This document shows, in pieces, positions 28,997-39,372 of a DNA stretch of 64,000 nt (positions are counted from its first letter, which is position 1; each line of letters opens with the position of its first letter). The DNA is taken from assembly GCA_965226495.1 (NCBI GenBank), contig OZ245365.1, positions 2,912,001 through 2,976,000 on the forward strand. Reading direction: 5' to 3'. Under the pieces are notes generated by a model. It had not been told where the DNA came from. It saw nothing but the letters and a program-made list of their open reading frames with translations, and did no database searches. Source of the DNA: Candidatus Marinacidobacterales bacterium (GTDB lineage: Bacteria; Acidobacteriota; Vicinamibacteria; Marinacidobacterales; DATDRI01). The translations under genes and the position numbers were made by a program.

Positions 28997-31900
28997 ATGC
29001 CTGAACGCACTCTGGCCGATCAAGAAGCTCGGGACCGCATACGCACCAGTCTCGACGAAACGCTACTTGTCGAGGCCGCGGCGGGGACCGGGAAGACCAC
29101 CGAGCTCGTCGAACGCATTATCGAAGTCATTCGGCGTGGCCGAGGCAAGCTTTCCACCTTGGTCGCAGTCACGTTTACCGAAAAGGCAGCGGGAGAGCTC
29201 AAGCTGCGGCTTAGAACCCAGCTGGAGACCGCTCGTCGCGATGCGGCCGACCAGCCCGAAGTGCTAGCGCACTTGGAGGAAGGCCTCGCCCAACTCGAAG
29301 AGGCGCATATCGGTACGATCCACGGTTTCTGTGCCGATCTACTTAAGGAGAGACCGCTCCAAGCGGGTGTCGATCCGTTCTTCGAGGTAGCCACCGAGGA
29401 TGAGGCACAGAGACTCTACCGCCGCGTCTTCCTGCGGTGGCTACAGGAGAAGCTCGACGACCCCCCTCCCGGGATCCGAAGGCTACTGCGTCAACCCGTC
29501 GAGAACGAGTTCGGCCCGGTGGATCGACTCTACCAGGCCGGGTGGGCTCTCATTGATCGTAGGGACTTCCCTGCCCCATGGGAGATACGCCCGTTTCCTC
29601 GCGAAAAGGATATCGATTGGCTCGTCGAGAGATTCCTCCACGTGGCAAAACAGAGCGAGGATTGCGCGAGTACTAGTGACCGACTCTACCGAGACTTAGC
29701 GGGGTTGCGATCTTTCGCGCTCGAGCTCGAGCGTCAGGAGACAGCCAGCGGAAAACGCGATTACGACTCTCTGGAACATCGACTACTCAAGCTCGACCTA
29801 GGCAAGAGCAAGGGACGGGGGTCTTACTCAGATCGCGTCTCGCGGCAAGATCTCCTCGACGAGCGCGAATCTCTCCAAGAGTCGCTGAAGGAGTTCCGGA
29901 AGAGGGCCGGTGCCGACCGGGCCGCCCACCTTCAGAACGAGCTCCCCGAGTTGGTCGAGCGCTATCAGGAAATCAAAGCCAAAGCGGGCCGCCTAGACTT
30001 CCTGGATCTCTTGGCTAGGGCCCGGGACTTGATTCGAGAAAACCGTGCTCTACGGGAAGAACTTCAAAACCGCTTCACCCATATTTTCGTCGACGAGTTT
30101 CAAGACACCGACCCACTGCAAGCCGAGATTCTCGTCTTGCTCTCGTCCGATGACTCGTCAGTGGACGATTGGCGGCGCGTGAAACCCCGCCGGGGCAAGC
30201 TCTTCGTGGTCGCCGATCCGAAGCAGTCGATCTACCGGTTTCGTCGCGCCGATGTCTCCCTCTATCAGCAAATCAAACGCCAACTCATGGAAGCCGGCGC
30301 CGAGCGCATCTTCTTGAGCGTGAGCTTTCGTAGTTCGCCCGAAATCCAAGAGATGGTCAACGCGGCGATGTCGGAGATCATGGACGGTTCGCAGGAGGCA
30401 CATCAAGCATCGTACGTAGGGCTAGACCCTTACCGCGAGCCAATCATCGGTCAGCCCTCGGTGATCGCCTTGTCCATTCCGCGGCCCTACAGCAAGTACG
30501 GCAACCTAGCTAACTACGCGATCGATAAATCCGAGCCCGGCGCCGTAACCGCATGGATCAAATGGTTACTCGAAGAAAGCGATTGGAAGGTGACCTCGCG
30601 GGGCAGTACCGAGCCGCGTCCGATCCGCCCGTCCGATATCTGCCTTCTTTTTCGCCGTTTCGTCTCGGGCCGGCGGGATATCACACGACCCTACGTCGAC
30701 GGACTGCAGGCACGGGACGTCCCTCATGTGCTCGTCGGGGGTCGAGGCTTTCATCAGCGGGAAGAGATCGACGCGATGCGAAACGCTCTCGCGGCGATCG
30801 AAAGGCCCGACGACGAGCTCTCGGTCTTCGCCACGCTCCGGGGTCCTCTTTTTAGCCTCGCCGACGATGCTCTTTTTCCTTTTCGTACCCAGCACGGCCC
30901 TCTTCATCCGTTTCGCGAACCGAGCGGAGACCTATCGGATTCGGATCAAGAAGTCGTGGCCGCTCTCGAGGTCCTCGCGCGGCTGCACAAAGGGAGGAAT
31001 CACCGACCGATCGCTCTAACGATCCGCCAACTACTGGACGAGACCCGGTCGCAGGCCGGCTTCGCCCTTTGGCAAGCTGGGGATCAGGTGCTCGCGAATG
31101 TGTTGCGACTGCTGCAGCTCGCGCGGAATTTCGAGAGTACCGGCGGTCTCTCCTTCCGCGGATTCGTCGGGCATCTCGAGGACTTGGCCGAGAAGGGCGA
31201 GGTCACCGAGCAACCACTTATCGAGGAGGGCGTGCAAGGGGTCCGACTCATGACCGTGCATCGAGCCAAGGGCCTGGAGTTCCCCATCGTCATCCTATGC
31301 GACATCACGTGCCCACTCGGAGAAAGCGCTTCCCGCCACATCGACCCCGACCGCAACCTGTTCGCAGTGCGATTAGCGGGGGGTGCCCCGTGGGAACTTC
31401 TCGACCACGAAGCCGTGGAGGGGCGTCGCGAGGCCGCCGAGAGTCAGAGACTTCTCTACGTTGCGGCAACGCGCGCCAGAGACATCCTCGTGGTCCCGGC
31501 GGTGGCGGACGCCATCAGACCCCGCAGCTGGGTTACGGCGCTTGCTCCGGCGCTGTATCCGGTCAGCAAGACCTACCGCCTTCCGGTCGTTGCGCCGGGA
31601 TGCCCTCGGTTCGGTCAGGAGGCGGTACTGGATCCACCCATGAACGCTCCCCCGCCGGGTGAGGGGATCAAACCGGGCCTCCATAAACCACGCAAGGGAG
31701 GTCACCGCGTCGTTTGGTGGGATCCCGCGTTGCTGGAAGAGGCGTACGAGCTGAAGCCAAGCATTCGGCGGCACTGGATCCTGCAGGCCGACGAGGGGAA
31801 CGCGACCGATACGGGAACCGAGCGACACGACGCTTGGCGGGGGCGGCGAGACGCGCTTCTCGAAGAAGGAGGCCGCCCTTCGCTTGATGTTAGGACGGCG

Positions 31901-32425
31901 ACTCGAGTTGCCGAGGAAACCACCGAGACGCCCGAAGACGTGCGTGTCGAGGTCGTCGAGCGCGTGCCGAGACGCCCGGCCGGAAAGGGATTCGGAATCC
32001 TGGTGCACGAAGTGTTGGCGACGGCCGACTTGGATGCTGGTCGGGAACGACTCGAAGCGTTGGCGCGGAGCCTCGGACGCGTACTCGGTAACACCGAAGA
32101 AGAAGTTGACGCCGCCGCTGAAGCCGCCGAGCGAGCCCTCGCCCATCCTCTACTTCGCCAGGCCGAGGCCGCGTCCCGGCAGGAGGCGTCGCTCTTGCGC
32201 GAAAGCCCGGTGGTGCTCAAGAGAGAAGACGGCTCGCTGGTCGAGGGAGTGGTCGATCTCGCGTTTCGTGATCGACCCGGCGCCCCTTGGACGGTCGTCG
32301 ACTTCAAGACCGATGTGCGGGTCGACATCCGACAGGAAGAGTACCAACGCCAAGTGGCGCTCTATGCGGAAGCCCTCGGTCAGGCGACCGGATCGGAAGC
32401 GGAAGGTGTTTTGTTGTACGTGTGA
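28997..32425 (+). CDS. addA: AddA-like UvrD helicase/nuclease
   Basis: AAAGTGKT, TFTEKAA, DEFQD, DPKQSIYRFR, TVHRAKGLEF, YVAATRARD, VDFKT. Confidence 0.92.
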   Translation: MPERTLADQEARDRIRTSLDETLLVEAAAGTGKTTELVERIIEVIRRGRGKLSTLVAVTFTEKAAGELKLRLRTQLETARRDAADQPEVLAHLEEGLAQLEEAHIGTIHGFCADLLKERPLQAGVDPFFEVATEDEAQRLYRRVFLRWLQEKLDDPPPGIRRLLRQPVENEFGPVDRLYQAGWALIDRRDFPAPWEIRPFPREKDIDWLVERFLHVAKQSEDCASTSDRLYRDLAGLRSFALELERQETASGKRDYDSLEHRLLKLDLGKSKGRGSYSDRVSRQDLLDERESLQESLKEFRKRAGADRAAHLQNELPELVERYQEIKAKAGRLDFLDLLARARDLIRENRALREELQNRFTHIFVDEFQDTDPLQAEILVLLSSDDSSVDDWRRVKPRRGKLFVVADPKQSIYRFRRADVSLYQQIKRQLMEAGAERIFLSVSFRSSPEIQEMVNAAMSEIMDGSQEAHQASYVGLDPYREPIIGQPSVIALSIPRPYSKYGNLANYAIDKSEPGAVTAWIKWLLEESDWKVTSRGSTEPRPIRPSDICLLFRRFVSGRRDITRPYVDGLQARDVPHVLVGGRGFHQREEIDAMRNALAAIERPDDELSVFATLRGPLFSLADDALFPFRTQHGPLHPFREPSGDLSDSDQEVVAALEVLARLHKGRNHRPIALTIRQLLDETRSQAGFALWQAGDQVLANVLRLLQLARNFESTGGLSFRGFVGHLEDLAEKGEVTEQPLIEEGVQGVRLMTVHRAKGLEFPIVILCDITCPLGESASRHIDPDRNLFAVRLAGGAPWELLDHEAVEGRREAAESQRLLYVAATRARDILVVPAVADAIRPRSWVTALAPALYPVSKTYRLPVVAPGCPRFGQEAVLDPPMNAPPPGEGIKPGLHKPRKGGHRVVWWDPALLEEAYELKPSIRRHWILQADEGNATDTGTERHDAWRGRRDALLEEGGRPSLDVRTATRVAEETTETPEDVRVEVVERVPRRPAGKGFGILVHEVLATADLDAGRERLEALARSLGRVLGNTEEEVDAAAEAAERALAHPLLRQAEAASRQEASLLRESPVVLKREDGSLVEGVVDLAFRDRPGAPWTVVDFKTDVRVDIRQEEYQRQVALYAEALGQATGSEAEGVLLYV

Positions 32426-32529
32426 TCGGTTCCCAACGCCAGAAGGCGACGTTACTACTCGTTCGGGCACGCGGCGGTCAAAACGCAGAGTTGCTACCAA
32501 CCCTGCCTTACAGACGACTTAGCCTCCTA

Positions 32530-32749
32530 GCACTTGCGCTCGTGCGTCGACACGGTTAGTCTGCGACCGGCTAGACGCAACCCAGGCCGTCAGGCCGTCA
32601 GGCCGGGAGACAGGCCATGAGTGCAAAACTGCGAGTCGTGAGCTAGATCCTGATTACACTCATCGGAGGGTTGACGCTTCTCGGATCCGTGACCTAGGTC
32701 GCAGACGCGGAGCAAGATCAAATCGGTCCGATGAAACTGAGTGAGCTCG
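32530..32749 (+). pseudogene. decayed 5' copy (with promoter) of the membrane-protein gene at 42396-42833
   Basis: ATG 32617: MSAKLRVVS*ILITLIGGLTLLGSVT*VADAEQDQIGPMKLSEL vs MGNKLRVVSWVLLTLIGALTLLGSVASVYVAYVADAGQDQIGPMTLSEL; upstream DNA also homologous to 42324-42360. Confidence 0.88.
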
Positions 32750-32944
32750 ACGACTATCTCGAGCGGATCCTTACGGCGAGGTCGCTCCAAGAAATGGGGC
32801 TGTAGCCCTACGAGATTGAAGCGCCGCTAACCGCCACAAAGCGTTTGAGGGTCGGCGGGAGGTCCCTTTTTCGCGACAGCTGGGTTAGCTACCAACAAAA
32901 GTACCTGTCCTACGTGTTCCCCTTTCCAATTCGCGGGTTTGAGA

Positions 32945-33040
32945 TCGAGATGCACCATCAAGAACGGCGTCGTTTTCGACAAGGACCCTTTGATGAAGGA
33001 CGTCGTCGATATGGTTGCCGGGGGAAGAACAACTGCACCA
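32945..33040 (+). pseudogene. possible 3' remnant of an amidohydrolase-like gene
   Basis: TIKNGVVFDKDPLMKDVVDMV resembles the amidohydrolase terminal beta-strand motif; no 5' part present. Confidence 0.4.
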
Positions 33041-33062
33041 ACCCCGTGGAGGCGCTTTTCCA

Positions 33063-36041
33063 ATGAGCCCGGTCCGAATCGCTCTTTGTCTAACCGTCGG
33101 ACTCGTCTCGATGGGCCACGCCCAGACCCGCGTCGAGTTCCATCTGCTCCCTGCTATCTCCACCGGCCCGCTCGATCCGGACTGGAGCCCGGACGGACAA
33201 ACGATTGCTTTCGCCATGCGCGGCGATATCTGGACGATCCCCGCCGTTGGCGGAGAAGCCGTGGCGCTCACCGAAGGACCTGCCTACCACTCGGAGCCGA
33301 GCTTCAGCCCCGATGGAACGAAGGTCGCCTTCACGATGGACTTCGACGGCAATCTGGAGATCGGCCTCGTCGAGATAGCCAGCGGAACCATGGAACGGCT
33401 CACGAACGACCCGGAGGTCGATATCGAGCCCGATTGGAGTCCGGACGGAACGAGCTTGTACTTCGCGAGCCGAAGAAACGGCAACCTCGACATCTTTCGG
33501 ATCGATCTTACAACGAAGCGGGTGACGCCCGTCATCACGGGACCGCGCAACGACTTTCAGCCCGCCGTGTCACCCGATGGACGGAAGCTGGCCTATGTCT
33601 CACCGGTGACCGGCCGGAGGGGCTCGGGCGGTATCTGGATGATGCCGCTGCCGTCGGGCGAGCCTCGGCTCGTGCACTACGAAGAGACGAGCTATCGGCC
33701 GAAGCCCCAATGGTCGCCTTATGGCGCCACGCTCACGTACTCCACGGATGCCGCGGGCTCCAACGATATCGCCGTCGTTCTATCCAAGGGTGGAAACCCT
33801 GTGCGTCTCACGGAAGACCCTCTCGATGAGATCGACCCGGCTGTGAGCCCGGACGGTTCGACCATCGCGTTCGTCTCCAATCACCGGGGACCGACGACGC
33901 TCTATACGCTCTCGTCAGCAGGCGGCGCGAGAAGTGCGTGGAGGCCCGTCCGCATCGAGTCACGGCGGCCGCGGTTTGAAACGGGGCGCGTTCGCGGCAC
34001 GGTAAGAGGTCCGGACGGAAGCGTCGTTCCCGCGCGCGTGATGCTCGTCGCGAGTGACGATCGCAGCTATACCGAAAACGGCGGCTTCCATCGGATGGTG
34101 CCGTCCACCCGGACCCATTTCCAGCACACGAGCGGATCCTTCGAGATCGAGGTGCCGGCCGGAACGACGAACATCGAAGCGATGCGCGGCTTCGAGTTCA
34201 TGCCTGCGAAGGCTATCGTCGAGGTGCCCGCGGGCGGTGTCGCGGAAGTCGAGCTCCAACTGACGCGCATCGTCGATCCACGTACCGGCGGCTGGTACTC
34301 GGGCGACATGCATACCCACGATCTTCATGAAGGCCGCTTCGGCCTGACTCAGGAAGGCTTCTTCCATCAGGCCGTGGCCGATGATCTGCACGTGACGAAC
34401 GCGCTCATTCACATGGACGGGACGAAGCTTATGGGCCGGTGGAGCGATCTGACCGGAGAGTCCCATAGCCTTTCGAATAGCGACTACATTCTTCGCTATT
34501 CGCAAGAGTTCCGCGGCTCTTTCGGCCATGTAGCGCTTATCGGTGTCGACGAGTTCATCATGCCGCTCATCGGCGGTGCTGCCAATACACCTTACGCTCC
34601 CGACGTGCTGAAGATCCGTCACATCGACGGTGTTCACGCCATGGGCGGGATCGCGGGCTTCGTTCACCCGTACAACCAGACCGTCGAGACCCCCGAGGAT
34701 GCGGCCGCCGCCGACATCCCCGTGCACGTGGCGCTCGGCAAAGGCGACTTCTACGACGTCGTCTCGATCGCGTCGCTCGATATGGAATCGGCTCGTGTGT
34801 ACAACAAGTTGCTCAACAGCGGGTTCCGACTCGCGGCGACAGGCGGCACTGACAACTTCTCCGACGTCTGGTACGATTCCTCGGGAGGCACCGCCCGAAC
34901 ATACGCGAAGATAGATGGCGGGCTCAGCTTCGAATCATGGATCGAAGCGGTGCGGGCGGGCCGTACGTTCGGAACCAACGGGCCGTTGCTCTTTCTCAGC
35001 GTCGACGGGAGAGAGCCGGGCGACGAACTCCGGCTCGCCAGTAGCGACCCGGCTTCGTTGAGCGTTCGTGTCGATGTTGCATCGATGTCGCCGCTCGACC
35101 AAGTCGAGATCCTCGTCAACGGCGAGGTTGCTCACACCTTTCGGCCGCAGGGTGCCGGCCCACGATGGGAGCTCGATGCGACCATCGTCGTACCGGGGAG
35201 CGGCTGGGTGGCGGCTCGCGCTATCGGCCCCCAGAGTCGCTACATCGGCGACCTGTTTGCTTTCGCACAGACGTCACCAATCTACGTCGTTCGGGACGGA
35301 GTAACCTATACCTCGGCCGCGGACGCACGCTTTCTGCTCAACTCGGTGGAAGCGCTCTGGCGCAACGTCGAAGCGCGAAACACCTGGCACACCCCAGCGC
35401 AGAAAGACGCTTACCGTGACGGCATCGAGACGGCACGTGCGGCTTATCAATCCGTTGTGCTGAGGCACCCCGAGGACGAAGTGTTCCGACAACGAGCGCC
35501 CGAAACGTTGCGCGTGCAGCTGCGGACGAGCGAGGGCGACATCCTCATCGAGCTCCATCGCGAGTGGTCTCCGAACGGCGTCGATCGCTTCTACAACCTC
35601 GTGCGCCACGGGTACTACGACGACACGAGATTCTTCCGCGTACGGGATGCGGACTTCGCCCAATTCGGCATTCACGGCACCCCGGCCGTGGCTCAGGCGT
35701 GGCGAGAACAGACCATTCCCGACGATCGCGTCGTCCAGAGCAACCGTCGCGGACGCCTGGCCTTCGCCATGGGCTACCAGCCAAACGGCCGCACCACCCA
35801 GATCTATATCAACCTAAAAGACAAGACCGAGCTCGACGACATGGGGTTCTCTCCCGTCGGCGAGGTGATTGAAGGGATGGACGTGGCCGATGCCATTTAC
35901 TCCGGCTACGGCGAATCGGCCGGCGGAGGCATCCGTGGCGGCAAGCAAGATCCGATGTTCGAAGGCGGGAACGCCTATCTCGGCGAGAACTTCCCCGAGC
36001 TCGACACCCTCATCGAAGCACGCATCATCGATCCAGACTGA
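33063..36041 (+). CDS. secreted fusion: TolB-like PD40 propeller, CehA/McbA-like (PHP-type) metallohydrolase, cyclophilin PPIase
   Basis: repeated P.WSPDG; GDMHTH, FGH, HP, GGTD, TNGP; C-terminal RFFRV..FAQFG, TTQIYIN, GEVIEGMDV. Confidence 0.85.
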   Translation: MSPVRIALCLTVGLVSMGHAQTRVEFHLLPAISTGPLDPDWSPDGQTIAFAMRGDIWTIPAVGGEAVALTEGPAYHSEPSFSPDGTKVAFTMDFDGNLEIGLVEIASGTMERLTNDPEVDIEPDWSPDGTSLYFASRRNGNLDIFRIDLTTKRVTPVITGPRNDFQPAVSPDGRKLAYVSPVTGRRGSGGIWMMPLPSGEPRLVHYEETSYRPKPQWSPYGATLTYSTDAAGSNDIAVVLSKGGNPVRLTEDPLDEIDPAVSPDGSTIAFVSNHRGPTTLYTLSSAGGARSAWRPVRIESRRPRFETGRVRGTVRGPDGSVVPARVMLVASDDRSYTENGGFHRMVPSTRTHFQHTSGSFEIEVPAGTTNIEAMRGFEFMPAKAIVEVPAGGVAEVELQLTRIVDPRTGGWYSGDMHTHDLHEGRFGLTQEGFFHQAVADDLHVTNALIHMDGTKLMGRWSDLTGESHSLSNSDYILRYSQEFRGSFGHVALIGVDEFIMPLIGGAANTPYAPDVLKIRHIDGVHAMGGIAGFVHPYNQTVETPEDAAAADIPVHVALGKGDFYDVVSIASLDMESARVYNKLLNSGFRLAATGGTDNFSDVWYDSSGGTARTYAKIDGGLSFESWIEAVRAGRTFGTNGPLLFLSVDGREPGDELRLASSDPASLSVRVDVASMSPLDQVEILVNGEVAHTFRPQGAGPRWELDATIVVPGSGWVAARAIGPQSRYIGDLFAFAQTSPIYVVRDGVTYTSAADARFLLNSVEALWRNVEARNTWHTPAQKDAYRDGIETARAAYQSVVLRHPEDEVFRQRAPETLRVQLRTSEGDILIELHREWSPNGVDRFYNLVRHGYYDDTRFFRVRDADFAQFGIHGTPAVAQAWREQTIPDDRVVQSNRRGRLAFAMGYQPNGRTTQIYINLKDKTELDDMGFSPVGEVIEGMDVADAIYSGYGESAGGGIRGGKQDPMFEGGNAYLGENFPELDTLIEARIIDPD

Positions 36042-36074
36042 TCTACTCTGCGTGGTGGTAGTAGACGGCCTGGT

Positions 36075-36240
36075 CGCCGCCGCTGAAGCCGCCGAGCGTG
36101 CTCTTGCCCATCCGCTACTTCGTCAGGCCGAGGCCGCGTCTCGGCAAGAGGCGTCGCTCTTGCGCGAAAGCCCGGTGGTGCTCAAGAGAGAAGACGGCTC
36201 ACTGGTCGAAGGAGTTATGGACATTTTGCTGTACGTGTAG
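36075..36240 (+). repeat. diverged, internally deleted copy of the addA 3' end
   Basis: matches 32110-32250 plus the last codons (LLYV*); 10 substitutions, all synonymous. Confidence 0.92.
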
Positions 36241-36246
36241 CAAGAG

Positions 36247-37242
36247 CTAACCGTCGGTATCGACTCCCGCTAGCTCGATGTGAAGGCCGGGCTGTGGCTC
36301 GCGTGCATAGCGAACCTTCAGCCGCTCGCCAGCTCTGGGCCGCCCTCCAAGGGGAAGCTCCACGGGATGGGTAAGCCCACTCTCATAGTCGCCGAGAGTT
36401 ATGTCGCCGAAGACCTGAATGCGGGTAAAGAGCATCGGAACCAACCCATCCTGCGGGGTTGTCGGCCAGGTGATGTCGAAGCAACGATCGCCGCCGCTGT
36501 CCAAAGTGAGAGCTCGACCCACATGGATGCGGCGACGCGTCACACCGCTGCCGTTAAACTCGAATTCGCGGCCCGGATCGGTGAGCTCGAGTACGAGATC
36601 GACGCGCTCCGGTATCCATATGCCGTCATCGGCCATCTGAGGGCCCAAGTTGCGTGTGATGCCAACTTGAGGCTCCTTCGCGAGACCGCTCTGCATGGTT
36701 TCACACACCACGACGTCCGGTCGCCAATTCGTCGGACAACGATACTCTGTGGCGTCCACTCGCACGATGTCCTCGATGCGGTCGAGCACCTGGAGCTCAC
36801 GAGCTAATTGGCCAGCGTCTTCGACGGAGCGGTTGTGGTAGTCGAGCAGAATGAAGCGCACGTCTTCCGGAGACCAACGATGGGCTAACGGTAGCGCAAG
36901 CGGCGCAAATGGACCGCAACCGGCGTAGAGGACCCTCACGCTCCCGCCAGACACACGCGCTCTAACTTGCTCGATAGCCGAGAGAGTCGCCTGCATGAAC
37001 TTCCGAGAGCGTGCGAAATCGCGAAGGCAACGGGCCGCGTCGAGGGCACAAATGGCTTTTCCGGCCGGGAGGACATGTTCGTCGACGTGGGCTTCGGCAG
37101 GTGCGTTCTCGTCCAGACCCACACGTTCGGTGAATAATTGAAACAACCGATCGGCAGACGCCCTCTGGTCACCTGGGCTCGCACCGGCGGCGACGAGTAC
37201 GTCCGCAGCGCTGCGCACTTCGCTCACCCAAGCGGGCTTCAT
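36247..37242 (-). CDS. SAM-dependent methyltransferase, PRMT-like
   Basis: VLYAGCGP motif I; DVVVCETMQSGLAKE double-Glu loop; GIWIP. Confidence 0.7.
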   Translation of the reverse strand: MKPAWVSEVRSAADVLVAAGASPGDQRASADRLFQLFTERVGLDENAPAEAHVDEHVLPAGKAICALDAARCLRDFARSRKFMQATLSAIEQVRARVSGGSVRVLYAGCGPFAPLALPLAHRWSPEDVRFILLDYHNRSVEDAGQLARELQVLDRIEDIVRVDATEYRCPTNWRPDVVVCETMQSGLAKEPQVGITRNLGPQMADDGIWIPERVDLVLELTDPGREFEFNGSGVTRRRIHVGRALTLDSGGDRCFDITWPTTPQDGLVPMLFTRIQVFGDITLGDYESGLTHPVELPLGGRPRAGERLKVRYAREPQPGLHIELAGVDTDG

Positions 37243-37393
37243 CCCTGCTCCCCTCCCCCGTTGTTCGTCATTCGGGGCCTATGCTAGCAGACCAGGCTGA
37301 CACACGACCTGCGCCACGACTGCTCAAGGCGTCCTGGCATTGGTACAGACCGTGATTGGAATGGCCTACACTGGCAAAGAAAGAACTTCATAG

Positions 37394-37924
37394 ATGACGA
37401 AGCCTGGCTCGAATGATTCCGTCGGCTTGCGGCCCTCCAAAGAGGACGACCTCGAGTTCCTTTACCAAGTCTACGCGTCCTCCCGCGATCGCGAGATGGC
37501 GCTTCTCGTCGAGTGGAGTGCGGAGCAGAAGGAGAATTTTTTACGGGAGCAGTTTCGCCTTCAAGATCGCCACTACAAAACGCATTACGCGAACGCCCGA
37601 TATGACATCATCGAGATCGACGGCAAACCTGCCGGCCGTCTGTACGTCGACCGAATGAAGCACGAGATCCGGCTCATGGACATCGCGCTCTTGACCGAGT
37701 ACCGCAACCGTGGCGTGGGGCGCGCCCTCGTGCAAGATCTACTGGACGAAGCCGATCGAGACCGCATGTTCGTGAGCCTGCACGTCGAGGACAACAATCC
37801 CGCCAAGCGACTCTATGAGCGTATGGGTTTCGTCGAGGTGCGCGAGGTGAGCTTCTACAAGCTCATGCACTGGATTCCGAAGGGATTGACGCCGAAGTTC
37901 GACGAGCCGGCGGAGCTCAGTTGA
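37394..37924 (+). CDS. GNAT acetyltransferase
   Basis: DIALL.EYRNRGVG, LHVE.NNPAKRLYERMGF. Confidence 0.92.
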   Translation: MTKPGSNDSVGLRPSKEDDLEFLYQVYASSRDREMALLVEWSAEQKENFLREQFRLQDRHYKTHYANARYDIIEIDGKPAGRLYVDRMKHEIRLMDIALLTEYRNRGVGRALVQDLLDEADRDRMFVSLHVEDNNPAKRLYERMGFVEVREVSFYKLMHWIPKGLTPKFDEPAELS

Positions 37925-38222
37925 AGATGGCTTCGTAGAGCCTTCCTGTTTCGTCCTCTGCAATGGGAACGAGAAAGAGCTTCATGCTCCCGAGCCTCTC
38001 GTTGGCCATTGCAAACGTAGACTGCTCCAGGGCCGGTGTTTGTGGACCGCGGAACACCAGGGAAAAGGCTTGGCGTCTTCCGTCGGCAGCGCCGGCGTTA
38101 GTGCGAGTCTCGACGGACACGAGCTCGAGCTCGACGGGCGACGTTTCTTCGAGCTCGATCACGAAACGATGGTTCAGGTAGGCCTTGAAGTCCTCGTGGG
38201 TCACCCTTTGCAGATCAACCAT
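37917..38222 (-). CDS. DUF6916-like protein
   Basis: FSLVFRGP, LFLVPI, YEAIFN C-terminus. Confidence 0.8.
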   Translation of the reverse strand: MVDLQRVTHEDFKAYLNHRFVIELEETSPVELELVSVETRTNAGAADGRRQAFSLVFRGPQTPALEQSTFAMANERLGSMKLFLVPIAEDETGRLYEAIFN

Positions 38223-38256
38223 GAAGCGTCCCGTACCGAGGATTCGGAGTTCGCTA

Positions 38257-38670
38257 TTAGACCAAGCGGCAGACGTTCGCGACGCAGTGAGTCCCCGACT
38301 CGTCGGCGCCAGCCGGCTGGAGGAAAAGCAGGACCTTCTTGCGGCCTACTTTGACCTTGTAGATTCCCTCCGAAACGTGATCTCCATAGGACCCGTGGAA
38401 GACGATCGTGAATTGCTCGACTCCAGGGCTTTTAACTTGGTGCACGTCCGAAATTTCAACGAGATGCCAGTTCTCACCCTGAAGCACGGCCCGAGAGCCC
38501 ACTCGCCGCTGCCACCATTGCGTGGTCAGAGTGTTGTTGCGCCGGCCTCGCCGCCTTCGCCGTCTCTTACGCTTTCGTCCCGCATCGACGGCGGGTGCGA
38601 ACATCGCGGGCAGACCCGCGGCAACAACCGTGGCGGCCGCGGCGGTTATGAATCGACGACGGTCTACCAT
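38257..38670 (-). CDS. Tat-exported DUF6916-like protein with poly-Arg tract
   Basis: DRRRFI plus hydrophobic helix; GRKRKRRRRRRGRR; EQFTIVFHG..GIY..LFLQP; GAGGAG RBS. Confidence 0.7.
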   Translation of the reverse strand: MVDRRRFITAAAATVVAAGLPAMFAPAVDAGRKRKRRRRRRGRRNNTLTTQWWQRRVGSRAVLQGENWHLVEISDVHQVKSPGVEQFTIVFHGSYGDHVSEGIYKVKVGRKKVLLFLQPAGADESGTHCVANVCRLV

Positions 38671-38746
38671 TGAACTCCTCGTTTCTGGGGGCGTCGGCTC
38701 GTGTCGCATGCCCCCAAGCATTTTACAGGTTCCAACGCGTGTGCTC

Positions 38747-39259
38747 CTAACTTCGCGACGGGTAAAGGCCGAGTAGCGCGATGATGAAGTTGAGCGCGAG
38801 GAAGGGCTGCATGTTGTTGTGGGCCTGCACGGGATCCCCGCCGACCGTCTCCCCCATATTTGCGAGGTCGTTGGCGGGACCATAGGCGTTCCCCGTCGTC
38901 GCTGCGAGTGTCACGTCCTCGGAGGGAGTACCGGTCGTGGCGGGTTGGCTGGATACGCCGAAGGAGTGATTGTGGGACGCCATCTCTTGTGTTGTGACCG
39001 TGTGCGTCTCCGCGCCCCCGCGCTCGCCCAGGCGCCGCGAGGTCAGACCCGCCCCCCTTCCGGGATGCAGGGGAGCGCGACCGAGAAGATTGGGCAGACC
39101 GAAGGTCGTCCGGCCGTCACCACCGTAGATTGTGCCGACCAAAGAGAAGAGCGCGGTATTTTGCGCGACGGACATCAGTTGGCCGTTACAGAAGGCCCAG
39201 CCCCGCGGGGCGAAGTTCCCGGCGAAGATCCGGACTTCGGCAATGAATGGCTCGGACAT
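38747..39259 (-). CDS. phage tail-collar domain protein (microcystin-dependent-protein type) 3
   Basis: FAGNFAPRGWAFCNGQ..ALFSL.GT.YGGDGRTTF.LP; HNNMQPFL.LNFIIAL.G.YPSR. Confidence 0.95.
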   Translation of the reverse strand: MSEPFIAEVRIFAGNFAPRGWAFCNGQLMSVAQNTALFSLVGTIYGGDGRTTFGLPNLLGRAPLHPGRGAGLTSRRLGERGGAETHTVTTQEMASHNHSFGVSSQPATTGTPSEDVTLAATTGNAYGPANDLANMGETVGGDPVQAHNNMQPFLALNFIIALLGLYPSRS

Positions 39260-39372
39260 GCCTTACCTCCTCAGTTACGCGATGGGTAGACGCCAAACAG
39301 GGCGATGATGAAGTTAATCCCGAGGAAAGGCATTGTGTTGTTGTGCGACTGGCTGCCGCCACTGTTTTGCAT

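Noticed and set aside
35869-36240. 123-aa ORF as a real gene
   Set aside because: It is an out-of-frame overlap with the cyclophilin domain joined to the addA fragment.
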